The notes beneath the pieces are model-generated. The model saw nothing but the letters and a program-made list of their open reading frames with translations. It was not told the DNA's origin and did not search any database. A DNA stretch of 64,000 nt from an uncultured Phycisphaerales bacterium. Lineage in GTDB: Bacteria > Planctomycetota > Phycisphaerae > Phycisphaerales > SM1A02. The DNA is taken from positions 1 through 64,000 of the forward strand of contig CALKEP010000012.1 in assembly GCA_938084645.1 (NCBI GenBank). Reading direction: 5' to 3'. How positions within the stretch are numbered: position 1 is the first letter of the stretch; each line of letters begins with the position of its first letter. Made by a program: the position numbers and the translations under genes. Below, piece by piece: positions 9,012-18,974 of this stretch.

Positions 9012-9410
9012 TCAGTCGACGGCTTCGATCGTGACCTTTCCACCAGCGCCGCTCAGATAGAGCGTCACCGGTGTCGAGTCCAGGATTCCATTGGTGCTCG
9101 GACCGAGCGCCATCATCTTGAGGTCGTGCTCGGGACCACCCCCACCCCCGGCGACCTTGAAAGGCAGCTTCGCCCCGGGCACGACGATCGAACGACCGGT
9201 CCGGTCCACGAGGATCAGCCCACCATCCGAATCGAGACCGAGCGCACTTGGAGGACGCAACATCCCCGCCGCCTCCTGATACCGCTGGTGGTAGAGATCG
9301 CCCGCGAATGCCTGCAAGGTACGCCTCGGCAGGTCGACCCAGGCGTACATCAACGCACCAACGCCGACGAGACACACCACCAGAAAGAGGATCACCTTGT
9401 ACTTCAGCAT
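9012..9410 (-). CDS. Hypothetical protein with N-terminal membrane anchor
   Basis: MLKYKVILFLVVCLVGVGALMYAW hydrophobic N-terminus; host-like codon usage; start re-chosen at 9410. Confidence 0.55.
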   Translation of the reverse strand: MLKYKVILFLVVCLVGVGALMYAWVDLPRRTLQAFAGDLYHQRYQEAAGMLRPPSALGLDSDGGLILVDRTGRSIVVPGAKLPFKVAGGGGGPEHDLKMMALGPSTNGILDSTPVTLYLSGAGGKVTIEAVD

Positions 9411-9435
9411 CAGATGACTCCCGGCCATGGTCGGC

Positions 9436-9468
9436 CCAAGATCGAACCAAGATCGAACCAAGATCGAA
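9436..9468. repeat. 11-bp tandem repeat x3
   Basis: CCAAGATCGAA three times, no spacers. Confidence 0.9.
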
Positions 9469-9804
9469 CGCACCAGACTCGGGGAACCCCGAGCCCCCCG
9501 GAATACACCAGATCCTTGGGCGGACTCCGGACTGGATTTCAATCGACTTCCCGGCGAAGATCCCACCGTCGCGTTCGCGACCGGTCGGAGCCTACCGCAC
9601 CTGCGTCACAACGACCAATGGAACCATCGGGCGACGGGAGCAGAATCGCCGCAGCGCCGGTGAGGACGCCGGACCCTCGTCCATCGACCGCGCGGCGGAT
9701 CCCCGCCGGCCGGGCCCACCAATGAGACGCGACGCCTCCCAACGGGAGACGTCGCGCTCGGATTCAGAAGATTGAAATCACCGTGGCTCCGACGAGCGGC
9801 CCGG

Positions 9805-10407
9805 TCAGTCGCGCCTCCGACGACCGGCGAGCCCGAACAGCCCGGCCATGGCAAGGACACCCGGTGCGGGCACCGGCGTCAGGACGAAGGTGACCACCCA
9901 GTCGTCGCTGGTCGGACTGGTCTCCTGTGCCCAGAACGTGTAATCGCCGGATCCGAGCGGCCCGTCGTATCCCTGCGCGCCACCGGCGTTCGACATGACG
10001 TCGAACACGTCGGTGCCGGAATCCGACTCGAACACCAGGGCGTAGCCCAGAAGGCCCGAGGGATCCGGAGCATCGGGATTCGTCCCGAGAACATCGCCGG
10101 CCGAGAAGGCCATGAAGCCGAGATTGTTCGGATCGTCTCCGTTCGTGACGAAGGAGTCGAGAATGATCCCGCTCAACTGGAGGCCGTCGGCCACGTTGAA
10201 GAAGAAGATGTCGACATCGTCACCCTTGTCGTCGGTCGTGAAGATGACGGTGTTCGACCCCGCCGCGAAGTCGAGTGCCGTCGGTGCGAGATAGTCATCG
10301 GAGAGCTCTCCGTCGACCGCTTCGTCCCAGACGACGTCCGCAGTCACGGCCGCGCCGAGTGACATGGAAGCCAGTCCCACCACAAAAAACACGTTTTGAA
10401 ATCCCAT
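9805..10407 (-). CDS. Secreted acidic protein with PEP-CTERM-like (VPAPG) sorting signal
   Basis: Signal peptide MGFQNVFFVVGLASMSLGAAVTA; WDEAVDGELSDD and GPLGSGDYTFWAQE; C-terminus PVPAPGVLAMAGLFGLAGRRRRD. Confidence 0.85.
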   Translation of the reverse strand: MGFQNVFFVVGLASMSLGAAVTADVVWDEAVDGELSDDYLAPTALDFAAGSNTVIFTTDDKGDDVDIFFFNVADGLQLSGIILDSFVTNGDDPNNLGFMAFSAGDVLGTNPDAPDPSGLLGYALVFESDSGTDVFDVMSNAGGAQGYDGPLGSGDYTFWAQETSPTSDDWVVTFVLTPVPAPGVLAMAGLFGLAGRRRRD

Positions 10408-10758
10408 TTCCCATCCCCTTGTAGATCCTTGCGAGAGGCTGCGGCGACAGACACACCGCCTCGATCTCCTACGCGAGATCCCGACCGGAGATTCAGGAAA
10501 ATCGAAGATGAGGTGCCTCTGAAGCCGGTTCCGGCCCCGGTGGCCCGAGGGTCGGAGTCCCCCCGCCGAGGAGTTCGATCGAGACATCGAGTCGCTCACA
10601 CGGATCCCGGGCTGGGATCTTCCATTCCCGGAATCTCCCACTTTGAGCCGAGGGCGTCTTTCCCTACGCTGGGCTTTGACGATCCACGGTGACGCCGAAG
10701 CGGACCACGCCGATGGACGACGATACTTCGAAGCCAACCCGACCCGGAGAGAGAACAC

Positions 10759-11685
10759 ATGCTGTTCACATCGAAGCCGTTGCTTCCCTTCCTGATCGCT
10801 GCGTCCTGCGGATTGCCGCTCGGCGGTACCGCCGTCGCCTCGACGGTCTCCGCGTCCCTGGTCTACGAATACGATGCCGCCTTCAACGCCGACGACGGGA
10901 ACAACTCCTGGGAGGCAAGCATCTCCAACCCCTCCTACAACCGAGACTGGTCGATGAGCGGACAGACCTTCCTCTCGAACGCCGGGTCATCCCACGCCGG
11001 AATCACCTCCGCCTATGCGTTCAGTGGCTCGACGTCCGGCGGTGGCACCTCCTCGTTCGGCAAGTCCTCGCTTCCCCTCGGCGGCTCCACGAACGCGGAG
11101 CGGGCCAGTACCGCGTGGGAGATCTGGGTGAGACCGGGGGCGTCGACCTTCGACGACATCGGCAACGAGACGCTGTTCGAGACCGGCGGAAGCAATACTG
11201 GAGGGCATCTCGCCTTCGTGGCCGCGGATGGCGGCGCGACACTTCGCTTCCGCACCGGGATCACCAGCCTCGGCACGCCCTCCGAGTCGACCCTCGATCA
11301 TTCGATCACCGACGACGCACTGCTGAACGACTTCATCCAGATCGTCGGGGTCGTCGATCCCGACTCGGCCTCCCAGAAGATGCGGCTCTACGTGAACGGC
11401 GCCCTCGTCGGCAGCCTCGGCTCGTATGCCAACTGGAGCAACGGCAACAACGCCGCGGGCCTCGGCAAGGTCAATGGCACCTTCGGGGGCGGGTTCGCCG
11501 ACTCGAGTGGGAGTTTCTTCGGTGACATCGCGAGCCTCCGACTCTACGACGGCGCCCTGAGTGACGCCGACGTCTCGAATCTCTACGACGACATGGCATA
11601 CGGCGCCTCGAACGCGGTCCCCGGCCTCGGTGGATTGGGGACGCTTTCATGCCTCGGCCTCATCGGACGGCGACGACGACGCTGA
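10759..11685 (+). CDS. Secreted LamG/concanavalin-A-like protein with PEP-CTERM-like (VPG) sorting signal
   Basis: WEIWVRP, LFETGG, MRLYVNG, FFGDIASLRLYDGALS..DV..LY LamG pattern; C-terminus AVPGLGGLGTLSCLGLIGRRRRR. Confidence 0.85.
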   Translation: MLFTSKPLLPFLIAASCGLPLGGTAVASTVSASLVYEYDAAFNADDGNNSWEASISNPSYNRDWSMSGQTFLSNAGSSHAGITSAYAFSGSTSGGGTSSFGKSSLPLGGSTNAERASTAWEIWVRPGASTFDDIGNETLFETGGSNTGGHLAFVAADGGATLRFRTGITSLGTPSESTLDHSITDDALLNDFIQIVGVVDPDSASQKMRLYVNGALVGSLGSYANWSNGNNAAGLGKVNGTFGGGFADSSGSFFGDIASLRLYDGALSDADVSNLYDDMAYGASNAVPGLGGLGTLSCLGLIGRRRRR

Positions 11686-11785
11686 CCGGCTGGCGGAAAC
11701 CGTCCGCTCAATACCCTTCTTTTCGCCGACGCTCGATCCATGCGGCGACGACATGGTCAGGGATTACGTCGCCGGTCGCGGCGAT

Positions 11786-13816
11786 TCACTGCATCGAGGG
11801 CGAACGAGAATCGACGATCTCCTCGTCGCCACCCCTCGCCAGGGAGACGATGCAGTAGTCCCCGGAGTCGTCGCAGCGACGCTCCCCCCCTGGACACATC
11901 TCGACCTGGAATGAACCGCGGGTCGCCCCTCCGACGACGAAACCGAGCGCCACCTCGCCATGTGACGCCGCGGCTCGCGCGATCTCCATGAACGACGCTC
12001 CGGACGGGCATCCGTATTCATCCGGCTCACGAATCACCATCTCGACCCCACCACCCACGAACAACTCGGAGAAGACGGGACCGAGATCGGCGTTCAACGC
12101 CGCATGGCACTCGAGGTGACCGAGAATGCGGGGAGTCAGCACCTTGATCCCCACGTCACCAGCGAGGAGATCCTCGCTTGCGGGGTCGACCAGCTCGACG
12201 ACCACCTCCGGCACCCGCTCACCCTCCGGAACACGTTCCGCGAGCACGGACTTCACGAGCTCGTAGCCCATGATCGTACGGGCGTCCGCGTCCGCGGCCG
12301 AAAGCATTCCCGTGGTCGAAAGAACCATGATCGTGTCGACGCGCTCGAGGCAGAGATCGTCCAGCACTCCGAGCACGGTGTAGTCCGCCTGCCGGTATTC
12401 GAGTCGAACCTGGTCCGGATCCCATGCGTAGCCTTCGGTCAGCTCCAACCGGGCGGCATCGGGGTGTCGCGAGACCACCGTCACCTCGACCGCGAGATCG
12501 TTGGAACGACCAAGTTCCTCCAGCATGCTTCCCAGTTTGCTGCTCAAGCCGAGCACCACCACCCGCCGTACCCGGCTCTCCGGTCGCCGAAGCGTTCCGC
12601 CGCCGCCCGTCACCTCGGATTTCGTCTCGGGGCCGAGGACCAGATCCTCCGACGCCCGCGCAACCATGACCAGCTTGTCATCGCGATCGAGACGAAAGTC
12701 CGCCGGCGGGTTCAAATGCGGGACGGAACACCCGTCGCTGGTACGGACCACGCCGATCACCACCGCCTTCGAGAAACGAGCGTTCGCTTCCGCAGCCAGC
12801 GTGCCGGCAAGCTCCGGGAATCCCTTCACATAGGGGGTGCAGCCCCGGGCGTGGGTCAGGAGTTCGAGGGAGACCGCCAGAAGCCGGGGATCGCGGATCG
12901 CGTGGACCAGCAGCATCGCGATCGTCGAATCGCCGGGAATGATCGCGCAGCGGGAGCCCAGCACCCCGCGCGCCGCCCTCAGTTTCCGCGGGTCGAACAT
13001 CTCCGCGACGATCTGCGGCCCCTCGTCGACGGAAGTCGAATCGAGCGTCGCGCGAAGCGCCACGAGCATCTTCACCATGGTCACGTCCGCCGACTCCACG
13101 TCACCATGGCGGAATTCGTCTCCGGGAATGATGATCGCCCCCGCCCGCTGCAGGTCGAATCGCGAAAGCTCGCTGCGGCTGATCTCCGTCCCGGACCGGA
13201 AGAAGATCCGCCGCGCCCGGTAGTGACGCCCGAGAAAGGCGCGGATGTACCGTCGCCGCTCGATGTTCACGTCCTTGGCGACGATGACGATTCGAAGTAT
13301 CCGACGGTCATGCTTCGCCAGGAATCGACGAAGGCGGCCCCGGGCGATCATGAGTTCCCGCACGACCTCCGGCGTCCGATTCGTCCAGCCGATGAGGACG
13401 ACGTGACCCTCCATCACGATCGGGCCGAGACCTCGGTCGAACCGCTCGATCGTCCGGGCGAGCCACTGGGTCATGATCGCGATGAGCGATCCCATGAAGA
13501 GCACGTAGCCGAGCACCGTGACGATGGTCGACACGATCCGGAGAACGACCCCTTCGTCGTCGCCGAGGTACCCCGGATCGGTCAGCCGCAGGAACGCCCA
13601 CCAGATCGCGTCGAAGACATTGGAAAACGCATTCGTCCCCAACCACGCCACGACCCCGCCGAGGATGGAGATGCCCACGATGATCGCGGCCACGAGCAGG
13701 AGCTGCTGGAGCACACCGCCCTGAATCCATCGCTCGAGTTGAAAACGAATGAATCTCACGTTGCCGACTCCCCTGCGGGTCGCGATGATCGGAAGCGATC
13801 GGGTCCGACGCATCAT
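11786..13816 (-). CDS. CASTOR/POLLUX (DMI1)-related putative ion channel with RCK domains
   Basis: TM helices around WWAFLRLTDPGYLGDD pore-like motif; GHVVLIGW, FFRSG, IVAE and DARTI motifs; two RCK-like halves. Confidence 0.85.
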   Translation of the reverse strand: MMRRTRSLPIIATRRGVGNVRFIRFQLERWIQGGVLQQLLLVAAIIVGISILGGVVAWLGTNAFSNVFDAIWWAFLRLTDPGYLGDDEGVVLRIVSTIVTVLGYVLFMGSLIAIMTQWLARTIERFDRGLGPIVMEGHVVLIGWTNRTPEVVRELMIARGRLRRFLAKHDRRILRIVIVAKDVNIERRRYIRAFLGRHYRARRIFFRSGTEISRSELSRFDLQRAGAIIIPGDEFRHGDVESADVTMVKMLVALRATLDSTSVDEGPQIVAEMFDPRKLRAARGVLGSRCAIIPGDSTIAMLLVHAIRDPRLLAVSLELLTHARGCTPYVKGFPELAGTLAAEANARFSKAVVIGVVRTSDGCSVPHLNPPADFRLDRDDKLVMVARASEDLVLGPETKSEVTGGGGTLRRPESRVRRVVVLGLSSKLGSMLEELGRSNDLAVEVTVVSRHPDAARLELTEGYAWDPDQVRLEYRQADYTVLGVLDDLCLERVDTIMVLSTTGMLSAADADARTIMGYELVKSVLAERVPEGERVPEVVVELVDPASEDLLAGDVGIKVLTPRILGHLECHAALNADLGPVFSELFVGGGVEMVIREPDEYGCPSGASFMEIARAAASHGEVALGFVVGGATRGSFQVEMCPGGERRCDDSGDYCIVSLARGGDEEIVDSRSPSMQ

Positions 13817-13848
13817 ATTTCATCGGGCGTCGCCGTATCAGGGACCGA

Positions 13849-16167
13849 TCACTTCCGCCCCGGCCCTTCGGGCCGCGGAACGAGTTCGAGACCACGCAGC
13901 TTCATCAACGGCCCGGTCCGTCGCCCGCTCTCGACACTGACCAGATGGTCGCCGCCCGCGAGCGTGACCACGCCGAGCGTGCGGACCCGATGGTCGTCCC
14001 AGTTCGCGGTCGTGGGAACCGTCGAATCGATCATCGTGGACCGACCGGAGTCGTCGCGAAAGCGGACGGCGAAGGGTGATCCTGATTCAGCCTCGGGACA
14101 GGCGGAGGTCATCCGAACCTCGAACACCGTCGGCTCCGCGACCCGGATCCGCCATTCGGCGGCATCGGTCGACGTGCGCCAGTAGCCGAGCGCATCACGC
14201 TCCGGTTCGTAACGGAGCTGCCGCCCACGGATCCTCGCCGTCCTCCCGGAAAGCCGAAACCGACCGGCCGCGTCGGGCGTGGTGGAACGCCCCGCACCGA
14301 TCGACATCAGCCCCTTCAAGTCGTCGAGATGCGCCGAGTACACCGCTCGAGGGTCACAATCATTGGCCTCGCAGATCGCCGCCGCCATGCCGACGATCTC
14401 ACCCATCGCGCCCGTCGTCTTCATGACGCGAACTGCGCCGAGCGCCTCATGGGTCACGCTGATGTCCCGGCCGGCCATGAAGAGGTTCGGGACGTTCCTG
14501 CTGTAGAGACAGCGATACGGAATCCAGTACGGACCTTCGTATTCGTACCCCTCGCCCCGGGTGAAGTCGGCGATGAATTCGTCGCCCTCGTGCCCTTTCG
14601 AGTACCGCTGGTCCGGATGATGGGTGTCGATGCCCCAGGTGCACGGAACGCAGCCGTCCTCGAACACCACGCCGTCACGCAGATCCTCCCCGGTGAGCAC
14701 CACGTCCCCCATCAATCGCCGCGACTCCCGCTTGCCTGCGATGTAGGCGACCCAGTTCAGCCGGTGCGCGGGGTATCGACCCTCCACGTTCTTGATCGCG
14801 TCCCATGCGCCGTACATCGCCCGAAAATTCTGGTCTCGGATCCGTTCCATGTCCTGGATCGGATCGCGATCGAAGCCGGACTCCCAGAACCAGTTCCCGA
14901 GACTGATCGGCTGCAGGCCCGGCTCCGGCGCGGTCTGGCCCCGGGTGCGACCTGGAAAGGGCCGATCCGCGAGATCGACCGCCCATGGACAGCGAGGGAA
15001 GGTCGCCGCCTCGCACGCCGCTTCGAGTTCGCTCGAAAGCGGTTCCTCGTCCTCGCACAGACACTTGATGTTCCAGAGGTTGCTCGCCCCCATGTGGCCG
15101 GTGTCCGTCTGCTGGAAGTCGGCGCCCGCGAGGAAGCCGAGGCAACCGTCACCCGTGCTGTCGAGAAACCACCGCCCTTCGACCTCGACCCGCCGGCCGG
15201 ACCGAACGTCCTGGCACGTCACCGCCACGATCCTGCCCCGGTCCAGCGCGACCTCGTTCATTCGATGATCGAGGAAGAGCGTGAGGTTCGATTCCCCGCG
15301 GGCGACCGCGAGTTTCCGTGCATCGTCGAAGACCGCCGCCGACTGCGCATTGCGCGAATCGGAACGCCGCTCGGGAACGAGCTCCATGACCACGTCGCCG
15401 ACCCGGGGCCACGGCATCTGGTTCACGTGCCCCTCCGGCCAGACCCGGACCTCGGAACTGGAATTTCCGCCGAGCACCGGTCGATCCTGAACCAACGCCA
15501 CCGTCAAGCCGAGTCGCGCCGCGGTGACCGCAGCACTGGTCCCGGCCATGCCACCACCGACCACCACGAGATCGAACCTCCCTCCGGAGGCCGGTGATTC
15601 GGTGAAACCCAGCGCCGTGCGTCGGAACGACGCGAGTTCATCCGGATCCTCGGGAGGAACGAATCCGACGTCCGGCGCGAGCAGGATCGCGTCGCATCGC
15701 CCCTCGAAGCCGGTCAGATCATGGAGCCGGATCTCCACGCTCGAGTCGAGCTCGACGATGCCACCGTCCTGCCAGTGCCAGGGATCCCCTTCGGTTCCGA
15801 AGGTGGTCTCGACCGGCACCCCGTCGAGGATCAGTTCGAATCGCCCGGGGGCGCCTTCGACCCCCCATGGCGCGACCCAGTCCCGGGTTCGAACCCAGAC
15901 CCGATGCGGGCCGGGTCTCGAGACGTCCACGCGGGTGACGGCATCGGCGACGGGCGTGCCCATTCCGTGCGCGAGCAGGAAGGGCGATCCCATCAGATCC
16001 ATGAACTGCTGATCGAGCACCCAGCCACCGAGATCCTCGAAGGATTCGACTTCGAGAAACAGCGTGTCATCCGGGACCGGACGCTGCCAAGCGCTTGCTT
16101 CGATCGCCAGCAGGTGAAGCACGACGATCATCAGGATGCTGCGGCCTGGTCGGATCATGTTCTCCAT
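13849..16167 (-). CDS. Exported FAD-dependent oxidoreductase (FAD_oxidored-like) with beta-sandwich accessory domains
   Basis: DLVVVGGGMAGTSAAV, LGGNSSSE, DSTGDG, GKRESRRLMGD, IPYRCLYSRNVPNLFMAGR; signal peptide; CBM6-like C-terminus; start at 16167 or 16158. Confidence 0.85.
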   Translation of the reverse strand: MENMIRPGRSILMIVVLHLLAIEASAWQRPVPDDTLFLEVESFEDLGGWVLDQQFMDLMGSPFLLAHGMGTPVADAVTRVDVSRPGPHRVWVRTRDWVAPWGVEGAPGRFELILDGVPVETTFGTEGDPWHWQDGGIVELDSSVEIRLHDLTGFEGRCDAILLAPDVGFVPPEDPDELASFRRTALGFTESPASGGRFDLVVVGGGMAGTSAAVTAARLGLTVALVQDRPVLGGNSSSEVRVWPEGHVNQMPWPRVGDVVMELVPERRSDSRNAQSAAVFDDARKLAVARGESNLTLFLDHRMNEVALDRGRIVAVTCQDVRSGRRVEVEGRWFLDSTGDGCLGFLAGADFQQTDTGHMGASNLWNIKCLCEDEEPLSSELEAACEAATFPRCPWAVDLADRPFPGRTRGQTAPEPGLQPISLGNWFWESGFDRDPIQDMERIRDQNFRAMYGAWDAIKNVEGRYPAHRLNWVAYIAGKRESRRLMGDVVLTGEDLRDGVVFEDGCVPCTWGIDTHHPDQRYSKGHEGDEFIADFTRGEGYEYEGPYWIPYRCLYSRNVPNLFMAGRDISVTHEALGAVRVMKTTGAMGEIVGMAAAICEANDCDPRAVYSAHLDDLKGLMSIGAGRSTTPDAAGRFRLSGRTARIRGRQLRYEPERDALGYWRTSTDAAEWRIRVAEPTVFEVRMTSACPEAESGSPFAVRFRDDSGRSTMIDSTVPTTANWDDHRVRTLGVVTLAGGDHLVSVESGRRTGPLMKLRGLELVPRPEGPGRK

Positions 16168-16375
16168 CAGCTCGGGGCGGGCGCGGCTGGGACCTGACCG
16201 CAGCATACGGCCACGAGGAGATTCCGAGAGAAATTTTCCAAAAACAGAAAACCGGACCGCGATCGGTGAATCCGCGAGGCTGATTTCCTCGATTCCACCC
16301 CCAGCAAGATGTTCCATACCCATTGGCCGGACCGCAATCCTGCGGAAGGGCTGTCACTCGAGCGGAGTCAAGGAT

Positions 16376-17191
16376 ATGCAGACCGCAATGGTCCTCGGAG
16401 ACATGTCGAACACCTTCAAGGCGCTTCAGGCGGGCTTGTCGGTCGAAGGCATCACGATGTATCTGTTCTGGCTTGGAATCGTCGGCATGGGGGCGGGCGC
16501 CGCCTACCTCTTCATGATGCAGGGATCGCTCACCAAGACCTACAAGAAGGTCGCGATCGTCGCCGGCATCATCTGTGCCGTCGCCTGTTTCCATTACTAC
16601 CGGATGGCCGGCATCTACGTCGAAAGCCTCGCCATGGCCATGACGCAGAACGAAGACGGCACCTGGACGATCGGCAAGCTCGCCGCCTTCCCGACCGCCT
16701 ACCGGTACATCGACTGGCTCATCACCGTTCCGTTGATGGTGCTGGAATTCCCGCTGCTGCTCAACCTCGGCAAGAAGGGCAAGCCCTTGTTCCTCGGCCT
16801 CGGCGTGCTCTCGCTCGTCATGCTCATCACCGCCTGGATCGCGGAGACCAGCACCCTCGGTGGCGGCTCCTGGTGGGGCTTCTACATCGTCAGCTGCCTC
16901 GCGTGGGTGGGAATCGTCGGCATGCTCTACGGCTCGGTGACCCGGGCTTCGAAGCACCTGCCCGAAGACTTCCAGGGCCACCTCGGCACCATGAAGGCCT
17001 TCATCCTCATCGGCTGGGTCATCTATCCGATCGGATTCCTCCTCGCCCTGTCCGGCAACGAGAGCATCCGGGAGATCGCCTACAACATCGCGGACGTGAT
17101 CAACAAGGTCGGCTTCGGCGTGGCCTGCGTGATCGCCGCGAAGTGCCTCGGCGATCATGAGGAGCGTGGCGAACTGAAGTCCGCCGCCTGA
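16376..17191 (+). CDS. Microbial rhodopsin, proteorhodopsin-like proton pump (DTE motif)
   Basis: Seven hydrophobic helices; FHYYRM (helix B His), RYIDWLITVPLMVLEF (D-T-E), GWVIYPIG, YNIADVINKVGFG with retinal-binding Lys; ATG at 16376. Confidence 0.95.
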   Translation: MQTAMVLGDMSNTFKALQAGLSVEGITMYLFWLGIVGMGAGAAYLFMMQGSLTKTYKKVAIVAGIICAVACFHYYRMAGIYVESLAMAMTQNEDGTWTIGKLAAFPTAYRYIDWLITVPLMVLEFPLLLNLGKKGKPLFLGLGVLSLVMLITAWIAETSTLGGGSWWGFYIVSCLAWVGIVGMLYGSVTRASKHLPEDFQGHLGTMKAFILIGWVIYPIGFLLALSGNESIREIAYNIADVINKVGFGVACVIAAKCLGDHEERGELKSAA

Positions 17192-17216
17192 TCCCCTCGT
17201 TTCTTCGGAGCCGATC

Positions 17217-18272
17217 ATGAGCCCGATCGCGCTTCATCCGAATCCCGACCTTCGGGACGACCTCGACTCGCCGGCGGATGCCCAGCATCCGCCGGCGGGC
17301 GTCGTCGCGTTCCGGGACCGGGCCATCCTGGCCCGCGGGATACCGTGGCTCGCACTCGCCGCCACCGCGACCCTCGGCTTCTTCGATCGAGGATTCACCC
17401 AGCGGTGGGACACGCTTCCATTCCTCGTGTCCTTTCTTCTGTTCGGCATGCCGCACGGCGCGATGGACTGGGTCGTCGACGGCCGACTTCGCGGCGAAGC
17501 GGGCATCCGACCCCTGCTCCCGAGATTCACCTGGTACCTCGTCTGGATGGGCGCGGCCGCAGCCCTGCTTCTCCTCGCGCCGGTGGTCGCGGTGCTCGGG
17601 TTCTTCGTGCTCACCGTGATCCACTGGGGGCTGGGTGATCTGGACGCGACCTCGTCGCGACCCCCGAGCCGCCCATCTCGAATGGCCGCGATTTCAGGCC
17701 GCGGCCTGCTCGTGCTCGGGGTCGCCTTCGCCGCCTCCCCCGCGGCCGCGTGGGCCCCGTTCGCACTGCTGGTCGGACAGTCCCCGCCCCCGTTCGACGC
17801 GTACCCCGACGTTCGGATCGTCGGGATCCTCGCGGTGATCGGTGGTGGAATCGCGACGCTCGTCTGGATGCTCCGTCGGTGGCGATGCGGCGAACGCCGC
17901 GAGGCGCTCTGCGATCTGACCGAGGCGACGCTCATCGTCGCCGCGATCGGCCTGACCGATCCACTCTTCGGAATCGGCGTCTACTTCCTGAGCACCCACT
18001 CCTTTCGACACGCACTCCGGCTCGCCTCGACCCCCGAGGTCCTTCCCGAGGGCGCGGGTGGCGGCTCGCTCGTCCGCCGCCTCCTCTGGGTGCACCTGCT
18101 GTCCCTGCCGCTGCTCGTCCCGACCCTCGCCATGCTCCTCGGCTGGTGCTGGCTTCAGTTCGGGAGCTTCGGCGCCGACGGCCTGACCGCGACGATGCTC
18201 GGGTTCTTCCTGATCACGACGCTTCCGCATCACCTCCTCGGACGTCGGCTTCCGGGTGTTCGGCGCGGCTGA
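17217..18272 (+). CDS. blh: Brp/Blh beta-carotene 15,15'-dioxygenase
   Basis: Four His motifs GMPHGAMD, IHWGLGD, THSFRH, TLPHH; polytopic membrane protein directly downstream of the rhodopsin. Confidence 0.93.
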   Translation: MSPIALHPNPDLRDDLDSPADAQHPPAGVVAFRDRAILARGIPWLALAATATLGFFDRGFTQRWDTLPFLVSFLLFGMPHGAMDWVVDGRLRGEAGIRPLLPRFTWYLVWMGAAAALLLLAPVVAVLGFFVLTVIHWGLGDLDATSSRPPSRPSRMAAISGRGLLVLGVAFAASPAAAWAPFALLVGQSPPPFDAYPDVRIVGILAVIGGGIATLVWMLRRWRCGERREALCDLTEATLIVAAIGLTDPLFGIGVYFLSTHSFRHALRLASTPEVLPEGAGGGSLVRRLLWVHLLSLPLLVPTLAMLLGWCWLQFGSFGADGLTATMLGFFLITTLPHHLLGRRLPGVRRG

Positions 18273-18322
18273 TCGATCCCGCCCAGGTTGCAGCGCCCTG
18301 CGGCCGCTGGTTCAATGGGGCG

Positions 18323-18883
18323 ATGACGAATTCAAGCGTATCGTTCCTGGTCCCGACCCTGGCCGTTTCCATGCTGGCCGGATGCCAATCGGGGCCCGAC
18401 GCCACCCGGCAGGGCCAGGCACCCCACGCGGATCATGCGAACGCGACCCGACAACTGGAGCAGGTGAAGTCCATGGCCGGTACCTGGTACCTCGCCGACG
18501 CCGCAGACGGTGATGCCCCGACCGCCATCTATCGCGTGGTGGCCAACGAGACCGCGGTCGAGGAGCGTCTCTTTCCCGGACAGGCGAAGGAGATGATCAC
18601 CATGTACTTCATCGACGAAGGCCGGCTCACGCTGACGCACTTCTGCGCCCTCGGCAACCAGCCGACGATGGGCGCCGTCGAAGGCGACGACGACGAGATC
18701 AACTTCGGATTCATCGGCATCACCGATCTCGCCTCGCCCACCAGCCAGCACATGCACGAACACACGCTCGAGTTCTACGACGATCCCGACCGCGTCGACT
18801 CGACCTGGATCCTCTGGAACGACGGTGCCGAGGCCGAGCGACGCCGCTTCCCCCTCGAGCGTCGCATGTCCACGTCGAACTGA
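18323..18883 (+). CDS. Hypothetical lipoprotein
   Basis: Lipobox MLAGC; conserved-looking EMITMY...LTHFCALGNQP and HMH motifs. Confidence 0.7.
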   Translation: MTNSSVSFLVPTLAVSMLAGCQSGPDATRQGQAPHADHANATRQLEQVKSMAGTWYLADAADGDAPTAIYRVVANETAVEERLFPGQAKEMITMYFIDEGRLTLTHFCALGNQPTMGAVEGDDDEINFGFIGITDLASPTSQHMHEHTLEFYDDPDRVDSTWILWNDGAEAERRRFPLERRMSTSN

Positions 18884-18918
18884 ACGATCGCCGGGCTTCC
18901 AAAGGCGTGATGATCGAA

Positions 18919-18956
18919 ACGAACGACGCCGTCGCGCACGCGACGGCGTCGTTCGT
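18919..18956. terminator. Long perfect hairpin between convergent genes (likely bidirectional terminator)
   Basis: ACGAACGACGCCGTCGCG-ca-CGCGACGGCGTCGTTCGT, 18-bp arms. Confidence 0.7.
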
Positions 18957-18974
18957 CGTGTCCCCGGTCGTGAA

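Noticed and set aside
9436..9468. Possible CRISPR array
   Set aside because: 11-bp units with no spacers and no cas genes.
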